Assembly: GCF_963921235.1 (NCBI RefSeq)
Contig: NC_086097.1
Coordinates: forward strand, 172,548,001 to 172,612,000
DNA length: 64,000 nucleotides
Direction of reading: 5' to 3'
Source: Mobula hypostoma
Taxonomy: Eukaryota
The notes beneath the pieces were generated by a model. That model was given only the letters and a program-made list of their open reading frames with translations. It searched no databases and was not told where the DNA came from. The position numbers and the translations under genes are program-made. Positions 50,107-61,085 of this stretch are shown here, one piece after another (position 1 is the stretch's first letter; every line of letters begins with the position of its first letter).

Positions 50107-53106
50107 TTAGCCCCACTGCCCCGCCTTCTCACTATAACTTTTGATGCCCTGGCTACTCAGATACCTATCAATCTCTGCCTTAAATACGCCCAATGACTTG
50201 GCCTCCACTGCTGCCCGTGGCAACAAATTCAATAGATTCACCACCCTCTGACTAAAAAAATTTCTTCGCATTTCTGTTCTGAAAGGGCGCCCTTCAATCC
50301 TGAAGTCATGCCCTCTCGTACTAGACTCCCCCATCATGGGAAACAACTTTGCCACATCCACTCTGTCCATGCCTTTTAACATTCAAAATGTTTCTATGAG
50401 GTCTCCCCTCATTCTTCTAAACTCCAAGGAATACAGTCCAAGAGCGGACAAATGTTCCTCATATGTTAACCCTCTCATTCCCGGAATCATTCTCGTGAAT
50501 CTTCTCTGTACCCTCTCCAACGTCAGCACATCCTTTCTTAAATAAGGAGACCAAAACTGCCCACAGTACTCCAAGTGAGGTCTCACCAGCGCCTTATAGA
50601 GCCTCAACATCACATCCCTGCTCCTATACTCTATTCCTCTAGAAATGAATGCCAACATTGCATTCGCCTTCTTCACTACTGACTCAACCTGGAGGTTAAC
50701 TTTAAGGGAATCCTGTATGAGGACTCCCAAGTCCCGTTGCATCTCAGAACTTTGAATTCTTTCCCCATTTAAATAATAATCTGCCCGTTTATTTTTTCTG
50801 CCAAAGTGTATAACCATACACTTTCCAACATTGTACTTCATTTGCCACTTCTCTGCCCATTCTTCCAATCTATCCAAGTCTCTCTGCAGACTCTCCGTTT
50901 CCTCAGCACTACCGGCCCCTCCACCTATCTTCATATCGTCAGCAAACTTAGCCACAAAGCCATCTATTCCATAATCCAGATCGTTGATGTACAATGTAAA
51001 AAGAAGCGGCCCCAACACTGATCCCTGTGGAACACCACTGGTAACCGGCAGCCAACCAGAGTAGGATCCCTTTATTCCCACTCTCTGTTTCCTGCCAATC
51101 AGCCAACGCTCTATCCACATATGTAACTTTCCTGTAATTCCATGGGCTCTTATCTTGTTAAGTAGCCTCATGTGTGGCACCTTGTCAAAGGCCTTCTGAA
51201 AATCCAAATATACAACATCCGCTGTATCTCCCTTGTCTAGCCTACTGGTAATTTCTTCAAAAAATTGTAATAGGTTTGTCAGGCAGGATTTTCCTTTAAG
51301 GAATCCATGCTGAGTTCTGCCTATCTTGTCATATGCCTCCAGGTACTCTGTAACTTCATCCTTGACAATCGACTCCAACAACTTCCCAACCACCAACGTC
51401 AAGCTAACAGGTCTATAATTTCCTTTTTGCTTCCTTGCCCCCTTCTTAAATAGCGGAGTGACATTTGCAATCTTCCAGTCTTCCGGAACCATGCCAGAAT
51501 CTATCGACTTTTGAAAGATCATCGCTAATGCCTCCGCAATCTCCACAGCTACTTCCTTCAGAACACGAGGGTGCATTCCATCTGGTCCAGGAGATTTATC
51601 GACCTTTAGCCTATTCAGCTTCCTGAGTACTTTCTCTGTCGTAATTGTGACTGCGCACACTTCTCTTCCCTGCCACCCTTGAGTGTCCGGTATCCTGCTG
51701 TCTTCCTCAGTGAAGACTGACGCAAAATACTTGTTCAGTTCCTCTGCCATCTCCTCATCTCCCATTACAATTTCTCCAGTATCATTTTCTATCGGTCCTA
51801 TACCTACTCTCACCTGTCTTTTACTCTTTATATACTTGAAAAAGCTTTTAGTATCCTCTTTGATATTATTTGCTAGTTTCCTTTCATAGTTAATCTTTTC
51901 TCTCTTAATGACCTTCTTGGTTTCCTTTTGTAAGGTTTTAAAAACTTCCCAATCCTCTGTCTTCCCACTAATTTTTGCTTCCTTGTATGCCCTCTCTTTT
52001 GCTTTAACTTTGGCCTTGACTTCTCTTGTCAACCACGAATGCATCCTTTTTCCACTCGAAAATGTCTTCTTTTTTGGAATATACCTGTCTTGCACATTCC
52101 TCATTTTTCGCATAAACACCAGCCACTGCTGCTCTGCCGTCTTTCCCGCCAGTGTCTCTTTCCACTCAACTTTGGCCAGTTCCTCTCTCATGCCACTGTA
52201 ATTTCCTTTACTCCACTGAAACACCGACACATCAGATTTCGGCTTCTCTTTTTCTAATTTCACAGTAAACTCAATCATGTTATGATCACTGCCTCCTAAG
52301 GGTTCCTTCACCTCAATCTCTCCAATCACCTCCGGTTCATTACACAATACCCAATCCAGTACAGCCGATCCCCTAGTGGGCTCAACAACAAGCTGTTCTA
52401 AAAAGCCATCTCGCAGACATTCTACAAATTCTCTCTCTTGAGATTCAGTGCCGACCTAATTTTTCCTTTCTACTCGCATGTTAAAATCCCCCACAATTAT
52501 CATAACACTGCCCTTCTGACAAGCCTTTTCTATTTCCAGTTGTAATTTGTAGTCCACATCCCTGCAGCTGTTTGGAGGCCTATAAATAACTGCCATCAGG
52601 GTACTTTTACCCCTGCTATTCCTTAGCTCAACCCATAAAGATTCTGCACCTTCTGATCCTATATCACCTCTTTCTAATGATTTAGTATCATTTCTTACCA
52701 ATAAAGCCACGCCTCCCCCTCTGCCTACCTTCCTATCCTTCCGATACACCGTGTATCCTTGGACGTTCAGCTCCCAGAGACATGCATCCTTTAGCCAGGT
52801 CTCAGTGATGGCCACGATATCATACCTGCCAATCTGTAGCTGTACAACAAGATCATCCACCTTATTCCTTATGCTGCATGCATTTAAGTACAACACCTTA
52901 AGACCAGTATTTGATACTTTTTGCTTTGATTTCACTGCAACTTTATTGCACTTCAACTCATCCCAATGGCTACACATTTGCCCCATCACCTGCCTGTCTT
53001 TCCTGACATCTTTACTGCTCACTATCTTAGATTTATTTCTGTTTTCCCCTTCCTCCGCTCTATCATTCCGGTTCCCATCCCCCTGCCAAATTAGTTTAAA
53101 CCCTCC
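50107..53106 (-). pseudogene. CR1 ORF2 (APE endonuclease plus RT), two in-frame stops
   Basis: YLNACSIRNK, ITETWL, GDFN, SDH, NYRPVSLT, DFQKAFD, GVPQGSVLGP, FADD. ORFs 52456-53022, 50383-52347 and 50107-50382 share one frame, which opens at 53106. Confidence 0.95.
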
Positions 53107-54104
53107 CTAACAGCTCTATTAAACTTTCCCGCCAGGATATTGGTCCCCTTCGGGTTCAGGTGTAACCTGTCCTTTTTGAACAGGTCATACTTTCCTCAGA
53201 AGAGATCCCAATTATCCAAGAATCTGAAGCCCTGCCCCCTACACCAGTCTCTCAGCCAGGCATTCATCTGCCTGATCCGACGACTCTTGCCCTCGCTAGA
53301 ACGTGGCACAGGTAGCAATCCCGAGATTACTACCCTGGAGGTCCTGCTTCTCAGCTTCCTTCCTAACTCCTGGAAATCTCTCTTCAGGACCTCCTCCTTT
53401 GTCCTATCTATGTCATTGGTACCAACATGTACCAAGACAACTGGCTGCTCACCCTCCCCCTTTAGAATATTCAGGACCCGATCCGAGACATCCCGTACCC
53501 TAGCACCTGGGAGGCAACACACCATGCGGGTATCTCTGTCAAGCTCACAGAATCTCCTGTCTGTTCCCCTGACTATGGAATCCCCCACGACTACCGCATT
53601 TCTCTTCTCCCTCCTTCTCTCCTGCACAACAGCGCCAGGCTCAGTGCCAGAGACCCGGTCACCGTGGGCATCCCCTGTCAGGTCATCCCCCTCAACAGCA
53701 TCCAGAACAAGATATTTGTTGCTGAGGGGCACAGCCACAGGGGTGCTCTCCACTATCCCGGCATTTCCCTTCCCTCTCTTGACAGTGACCCAGTGTTCTG
53801 ACTCCTGTAGCCTAGGGATGACTACTGACTCCTGTAGCCTAGGGATGACTACCTCCTTGTAGCTCCCGTCTATCACCTCTTCACTTTCCCTGATAAGCAG
53901 TAGGTCATCAAGCTGCAGCTCCAGATCCCTAACACGGTCTCTGAGGAGCTGCAACTCGGTGCACCTGGCGCAGATGTGGCCATCAGGGAGGCTGGAAGTC
54001 TCCCAGGATTCCCACATCTGACACCCTGAACAAAGCACTAACCCTGCAGGCATGCTATCTAATTCTACAGGAATGAAACAGGAAAAATAAGTCTGCTCAC
54101 CCAC
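53091..54104 (-). pseudogene. CR1 ORF1 (Cys-rich zinc finger, coiled coil, SGNH/GDSL esterase), one premature TGA
   Basis: CSGC...CARC; VVGDSIVR, LPGAR, HVGTND. After the TGA at 53196-53198 the frame continues GKYDLFKKDRLHLN (DxxH)...EGLN to a TAA at 53091-53093. The true start is uncertain. Confidence 0.9.
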
Positions 54105-54320
54105 TTATCTCGCCAAACAGACAAACTTTTTAAACCGTTAGCTGTGAGAGCCCTGCTGTTCCTGTCTGTCCGGGGCGATTCGCGAAAGGGGTTGGGGGGG
54201 GAGAGAAAAAAGAGTTGGCACTTCACTCTAGCCTCTTCCCGTTTACCGCCTAAACCCGTTGAAGCCAAAGCCCTACACTCTGCTACCGCTCACTCCGCTG
54301 CCCGCTGTATAGAGTGGTCT

Positions 54321-54526
54321 CCTTTTTAAACTCCACGCGGTCCTGCTGACATCATGCGCCTGCGCAGTCTTGCCCTTCTTGCACTCGAAGAAGTTTTACA
54401 AAAACTGCCTTCCTTCACAATTCAGCTCCCACGACGCTCTGTAGTCCCGATCCAAAGAGCCGTTGGTAGCAACCTGCCTTTTTAAACTCACTGCGCGGTC
54501 CTGCTGACGTCACGCGCCTGCGCAGT
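54321..54526 (-). promoter_or_regulatory. Duplicated putative internal Pol II promoter module in the CR1 5' UTR
   Basis: Two copies (54321-54368, 54477-54526) of minus-strand actgcgcaggcgc (NRF1-like), tgacgtca (CRE, mutated in one copy) and tttaaaaa (TATA-like). Function is inferred. Confidence 0.5.
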
Positions 54527-55147
54527 AATTCTGGTTTAGCTGGTAGTAGAGGAGTCTGAGAAGAATGTGACTGTCCTTATATCTTAGCCCATACCTGTCT
54601 TTCCTACCCAGGTACTTGCCCAAATACTTTCGAATTTTGTAATTGTACGTGACTTTACCACTTTCTTGGGCAGCTCATTCCTTATACCCACCACCATCTC
54701 TAGGAAAATCTGGCCCTTTAGGTCCCTTTAAGTCTTTCTCTCCTCAGCTGAAATCTATGCCCTTTAGTTTTAAACTCCCCCATGCTGAGGAATTGACTGG
54801 GACTATCTATGGAATAATTTTGTGTGCCTAATGTATAAGTCATTGGTGAGACCACACTTGGCAAACATGGTTCAGCTGGAAAGGATGCAGAGAAAATTTC
54901 CAAGGATGATGCAAAGACTAGAGGGCTTAAGATATATGGACAGGCTAGGTTTTTATTCCTTGAAATGTAGGAAAATGAGGAGAGACATAATGGATTATGG
55001 GGGGGCATAGATAAAGTGGGTGGTATTAATTTCTGCATTGTAATGAGTCCAAATCTAAGGGGCATAGATTTAGTGTAAGACTGTAAGACCATAAGACATT
55101 GGAGCAAAATTAGGCCATTTAGCCCATTGAGTCTGTTCCACCATCTA

Positions 55148-58100
55148 GAAGAAGCAGATGAAGAGACAGCATGTCCCTACAACATGTTTGCAGTGGAAAC
55201 ATTTGAGGAACCACCTGAACCATATTATGCCACAGTCACCGTCAGGGGAAAGGACAGTAAGTTTGAGATTGATACAGAGGCTACTGCATAGGTCATTAGT
55301 GAGGAGACCTACAGGAGGACATGGGGGTCCAACCTGCCTCCCATTAGACCATCAAAGCTCAAACTTAGGACCTATACGGGCAGCCCATACCTCATTTAGG
55401 GATGTCATATTTGGACATTTCAGCCAGGGGTCAGAAGGCTGAAGTCAGTCTAGTGATAGCTAAGGGCACGGGGCCCAGTCTTTTGGTTCCACGATTGGCT
55501 TCGCAAAATCCAGCTCAACTGGCATGAAATTAAGTTTGCACATACGACGGAGGACATTCTGCAGTGGTACAGTGACGTTTTCGGGACGAGCTGGGAACAC
55601 TGATGGGTGTGACAGTGAAACTCCATGTCAACCCTCAGGCCACACCATGTTTTTTTAAGCGCAGGTCAGTGCCCTATGCCATGAAAGGCAAAGTCGAGGA
55701 GGAGGTGGAACGTTTACAGAGGCTGGGCATTATTGAGCCCATCCAGTTTTCAAGGTGGGCAGCTCCCATTGTTCCAGTTCTGAAGGCAGACAACACTGTG
55801 AGGATATGTGGGAATGATAAGCTTACGGTGAATCAGATCTCTAGGCTGGAGGAGTACCCATTGCCACAGGTGGATGACCTGTTTGCGACCCTGTCAGGGG
55901 ATAAGCTGTTCACAAAGCTGGACATGAGCCATGCCTACTAACAGCTGCTGCTCGATGAGGATTCAAAGGAGTACATCACAATTAATACGCACAATGGATT
56001 ATTCAAGTACAATCACCTGGTATTTGGAGTGGCGTCCAGCCCTGCCATTCTCCAAAGGACAATGGGCACTTTGCTGTAGGGGATTCCGCACATAGCAGTG
56101 TACTTTGATGATATTTTGATCATGAGGGCTACAGAGGTGGAGCATCTGGCTAATTTAGAACGGGTGCTGAAGAGGCTCTCAAATGCAGGGCTGCAGTTGA
56201 AATGCAGAAAATGTGTGTCCCTGGCATCGAGTGTGACTTACCTGGGACACAAGATCACCGCTGAGGGGCTTTGCCCTGTGGAGGACAAAGTGAGAGCTAT
56301 TAAGGAAGCCCAAGCCCTAAGACCATCACGGAACTCAGATTATTTTTGGACATGGTGAATTACTATGGCAAGTTTCTTCCTGAATTCTCCAGGGTTTTGA
56401 CCCTACTGTATAGGCTGTTACACAATGACACTAAGTGGCAATGGGGTGAAGAGCAGGAGAAAGCTTTCAAGGAAGTGAAAGAACTCCTCCACTCAGCGAT
56501 GCTGCTTGTTCACTATGACCCAGACAAGGAGATCACCCTTGCATGCGATGCCTCACCCTATGGATTTGGGCAGTTCACTCACATGTAATGGAGGACCGTT
56601 CAGAGAAGCCTATTGGTTTTGCTTCACGTACCCTGACAGCTGCTGAGAAGGGATATTCACAGCTAGACAAAGGAGGTCTGGCCATTGTTTTTGCGGTCAA
56701 ACGCTTTCATCAGTACCTTTATGGATGCGTATTTACAATTTATACGGACCGTAAACCACTGATGAGCCTGTTCAGTGAGACTAGATGCATCCCACCGCTA
56801 GCCTCAGCCAGGATACAGCGCTGGGCTCTTACATTGTCAGCCTACCGGTGCACTATAGTGTACAGAGCGGGTGGGGATAATGCAAACGCCAATGCACTGA
56901 GTTGACTACCTTTATCTGAGACACCTGTTACTACATATGTGCCTCCAGAGACAGTGTTTTCATTGGACAGGCTGTCAGAGACGCCTGTAAAGGCGACCCA
57001 GATCAGGCAGTGGACAGAGAGGGACCCAGTCCTGTCCCAAGTCAAGACTTTTCTTTTACAAGGTTGGTCCAGAGTCATGGAAGGAGAGGAACTGAGGCCT
57101 TATGCCAAAAGAAAGACAGAACTCAGCCTGCAGGATGGCCGCATTTTCTGGGGGGGGGGGGCGAGGGTCATCGTGCCTCCCCCTGGCCGTTCACAGATTG
57201 TGGAGGAAATTCATAAGACTCACCCAGGAGTGTCTTGAATGAAAAGCCTTGCAAGATCCTACGTTTGGTGGCCAAGAATGGATCAGGATTTGGAGAACAA
57301 GGTAAAATCATGCACGCAATGTCAGGCTAATAGAATATGCTACCACCAGCTCCTTTGTATCCATGGGAGTGGCCAGACCACCCCTGGTGTAGGCTACATT
57401 TGGACTTTGCTGGCCCTTTTATGGGGCAGATATTTCTTGTAATGGTAGATGCGCATTCTAAATGGATCAAAGCTCATATCATGAGCGCCATCACAGCCCC
57501 CTCAACCACAGACAAACTCAGGCAAGTGTTTGCAGTCCACGGGTTGCCTGACACTCTGGTCACTGATAAAGGCCTGACGTTCACCAGTGAACTGTTCAGT
57601 GAGTTCATGCAGCAGAATGGCATTCATCACATTCGGGTGGCCCCTTTCCACCCGAGCTCCAATGGTTTGGCTGAGCGGGCTGTTCAAACAGTGAAGGAAA
57701 GCCTGAAGCGGATGACATGGGACTCTCTTAGCATTCGGCTTTCACGTTTCCTGTTTAAGTACCACCTCACGCCACAGACTACGACTGCCCGCACTCCAGC
57801 AGAGATGGTTATGGGGCGTAGGCCCAAGTCAAGATTGGACCTGTTGCACCTGGACATGAAGACAAAAGTGAAGAGAAAGCAGGGAAAGCAGAAGGAAGGA
57901 CATGGTCAACATGCGCAAGAGAGGCAGTTAAAACCGGATGACAATGTCTATGTGAGAAACAATCAGCAATGGCTGCCTGGGGTTATTCTTAAGCGGAGTA
58001 GTCCCGTCTCTTATGTTGTTAAGCTGACTGATGGGCATGTTTTCTGCAGACATCAGGACCATGTGCGCCTGTGTCATGATACTGGCTCAGAGGCAGACAG

Positions 58101-58359
58101 TTCCATAGAGTTTCCATTTGTGAGACAGACTATGGTAGAAGCATGTCCACCAGTGACTTTGCCAGAGGGTGTGACGCTGGCAGAGGGGTTGGGGTCCCCT
58201 GCAGAGGATGGACATTCTCACGCAGACACACAGACCCCTCTCATGCCCCCAAAACCAGACCCACCCAAAACACCATTATCAGTGGTGCCTGCTGGGTTAC
58301 CGGGGGTAGTGCGCAGATCACAACACACTCGTAAACCTCCTGACAGACTGAATCTTTGA
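55148..58359 (+). pseudogene. Gypsy pol (protease, RT, RNase H, integrase), multiple stops and frameshifts
   Basis: FEIDTEA (decayed DTGA), WAAPIVPV, LDMSHAY, YFDD, CDASPYG, ASRTLT, H..H/CTQC zinc finger, LHLDFAGPF, LVTDKG, SNGLAERAV. Confidence 0.92.
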
Positions 58360-58551
58360 TGGGACAGTTCTTTTTTTGTTGTTGTTGTTAGATTGAATGT
58401 TGAATCTGTCACATTTTCCAGATGTTTTATACTGATAAACTGTTGCTGAGATACCAGTATAAGTTTTCAGGTGTACGTAAGTTAATAACACCACTGTTTT
58501 TATTTCCCAGTTTTTTACATTTGGGGATGTTGGATTTTAAAGGGGGAGAAG

Positions 58552-58763
58552 TGTTGTAATGTGAGCATTATTAAAAGTAAGTTAATACTAATTAGGATAA
58601 TGGGAGGTTTTACTTCCGGTGGGCTTTGTATACAGTGTGCCTGCCATGCCTTATGGGTTGTAAAAGCCTCTGTATATACATAATGGTTTTGAAGTTCAAG
58701 GTAAAGTTGTTTCTTTGGCATGAAGTTGTTGAGTGTGCCTTTTTCAAAGTAGAAGTTACTACA
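58552..58763 (+). repeat. 3' LTR of the Gypsy element (about 212 bp)
   Basis: Starts tgttgtaat right after the PPT; ends gttactaca. The end is inferred from terminal complementarity only. Confidence 0.7.
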
Positions 58764-58877
58764 CACAGCATAAAAGATTCTTCTAGTTCCTGAAACTAAA
58801 ACTTCCATATTATCTCAGAAAAACTTATATACATTTTGTTTCCAATCCAAACTTTTAAGCCAATTGCAACAGACAAG

Positions 58878-59115
58878 ACACAGAGATTCTGCTGATGCTA
58901 GATATCTTGAGCAAAACGCACAAAATGCTGCAGGAACTCAGCAAGTCAAGCAGCATCTATGGAGGGGAATAAACAGTCGATGTTTTGGGTCGAAACCCTT
59001 CAGCCAGACTGGAAAGTGAGGGGGCAGAAACCAGATTAAGCAGGTGGGGGAGGAGAAGGTGTACAAGCTGGCAGGGACCTGGTGAGTGGGAAAGTGGATG
59101 ACTGGGGCAGGACAG
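58878..59115 (-). mobile_element. Penelope pLTR fragment with decayed hammerhead
   Basis: acaaaatgctgcaggaactcagc...acagtcgatgttttgggtcgaaacccttcagccagactg, homologous to 33033-33135. Confidence 0.75.
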
Positions 59116-60655
59116 GATAGAATAGAATTGAATTGAATTGACTTTATTACTTACTGCCTTCATATACACGAGGAGTAAAAATCTTTACGTTATGTCTCCA
59201 GCTAAATGTGCAAGGTACGATTTATAGTAATTTGTAATAACTAGTATGTACAACAGTCAATGTAGCATAGAAATACAATTGTATCAGCATGAATTAATCA
59301 GTCTGATGGCCTGGTGGAAGAAGCTGTCCTGGAGCCTGTTGGTCCTGGCTTTCATGCTGTGGTACCATTTCCCAGATGGTAGCAGCTGGAACAGTTTGTG
59401 ATTGGGGTGACTTAGGTCTACAATGATCCTTCGGACTCTTTTTACACACCTGTCTTTGTAAATCAAAAGTTTCAAAGGTACATTTAATGTCAGAGGAATG
59501 TTTACAATATACATCCTAAGATGCTTTTTCTTCACAAACATCCACGAAAACAGAGGAGTGCCTCCAGAGAATGAACAACAGTTAAATGTTAGAACCCCAA
59601 AGTCACCCATCTCCCCTCCCTCCCACATGTAAGCAGCAGCAAACAACAATCCCCCCTCCCACCGGAAAAAAAAGCATCGGCACCCACCACCAAGCACTCA
59701 AGTGTGAGCAAGGCAACAGCAAAGGCACAGACAGTACTTGCAGTACTCCAAAGACTACTTGTTCACCCAGCATTCGATGTACCACAGGCTCTCTCTCTCC
59801 CTTATAAGGGAGAAAGAGGTGTCAGCGAGAGTGGAGACATAACAAACAGCTCGCTGGTTTATGATGTTAAAAGTCTGTTGCGTCGCTTTTTCCAAGCTCT
59901 GTGCCCTAAGATCTCGGGTCTCTGGGCACACAGCCTTAGATCTTCCATCTCCCACGACACACCGCTCTTCTGCTCAGACACCGACCCCCGATTCCCCTGT
60001 CTCCGGAGCCACAAAATCTCGGTCCTCCAAAGGTGAGCGAAGCTCTTAGGCTGAGCCCTTAGCGTGCTGAACAAAGGCCAATTGTGAATCCCCGAGAGCA
60101 GGTCCCACTCCCACAAAGAACTGTAGTCAGCGTGTAACTCCAGGTCAGTGTCTTCAAAGGAACCCTGAAAGGGAAAAATAGAGATGGAAATAGAACTGTT
60201 TCCGAAGATGCAAGCATAGGTGTCGCCATTAGGTGACATTAACCCTCCTAAGGTCCTGAACAGTGGGAAGTTCACATCTATAGATGCACTGGGCTGTCCA
60301 CACCACTCTCTGCAGAGTCCTGCGATTGAGGGAAATACAGTTCCCAGGCCAAGAAGCGATGCAGCCAGTCAGGGTGCTCTCAATTGTGTTCCTGTAGAAA
60401 GTTCTTAGGATCTGGGGGCCCATACAAACTTCTTCAACCGTCTGAAGTGAAAGGGGCGCTGTTGTGCTTTTTTAACCACACAGCCGGTATATACAGACCA
60501 CACGAGATCCTCGGTGATGTGAATGCCAAGGAACTTAAAACTGTTCACCCTCTCAACCCCAGATCCATTGATGTCAATGGGGAGTAGCCTGTCTCCACTC
60601 CTCCTGTAGTCCACAATGAGCTCCTTTGTTTTTGCAACATTGAGGGAGAGGTTGT
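59116..60655 (-). mobile_element. Rex/Babar-type LINE 3' part with a non-coding retroposon insert at about 59463-60237
   Basis: VERVNSFKFLGIHITEDL; LLPSGKWYHSMKARTNRLQDSFF; (aattg)n tail at 59125-59140. Confidence 0.8.
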
Positions 60656-60703
60656 CATAGTCATAGTCATACTTTATTGATCCCGGGGGAAACTGGTTTT
60701 CAT

Positions 60704-61085
60704 TGGAAGATGTGGAAAGAGAAAAAGGGCTGAAGAAGAAGGAATCTTTAAAGACAGGATGGAAAAAGGGAGGAAGGGAGGAGGGAAAACAGAGGGTGAT
60801 GATGGGAAGATGGGAAGATGAAAAGAAGAGAAGGTGTGAAAGGGTAACTGGAATGGGGAATGGAAAACAAGAGAAGGTTGGAGGGGGAGAAATTAGCAGA
60901 AGTTAGAGGAATCAATGTTCATGTTATCATATTGGAGGCTACCAGGCAGACAATGAAGTATTGTTGCTCCAACCTAAGTATGGCCTCATCATGGCAGTAA
61001 AAGGGGGCCATGGACAGATGTGCCAGAATGGGAAGTCAAGTTGAAACAGGTAGTCACTTGGAAATCCTGCCTTTTGCAGCAGACA
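60704..61085 (-). mobile_element. Penelope-like remnant (endonuclease end plus pLTR start)
   Basis: Reverse complement matches 15770-16080 (gaggccatacttaggttggagcaacaatacttcatt...gtagcctccaa). Confidence 0.6.

Larger units (their letters stand above)
50007..54526 (-). mobile_element. Full-length, young CR1 LINE (about 4.5 kb)
   Basis: 5' UTR with duplicated GC-rich motif, ORF1, ORF2, 3' (ataagacc)n terminal repeats; no frameshifting indels seen. Confidence 0.95.
55147..58763 (+). mobile_element. 5'-truncated Ty3/Gypsy LTR retrotransposon
   Basis: PR-RT-RH-IN order; PPT aaagggggagaag (58539-58551) directly before tgttgtaat. The 5' end abuts a CR1 3' tail at about 55076-55146; no 5' LTR seen. 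Confidence 0.9.

Noticed and set aside
53140..53862. 240-aa plus-strand ORF
   Set aside because: Antisense shadow of CR1 ORF1; Ser/Pro-rich with no recognisable domain.
13190..59115. Recurring partly palindromic 30-40 bp motif that might suggest CRISPR repeats
   Set aside because: Dispersed in both orientations, no regular spacers, no cas genes; these are Penelope pLTR derivatives in a eukaryotic context.
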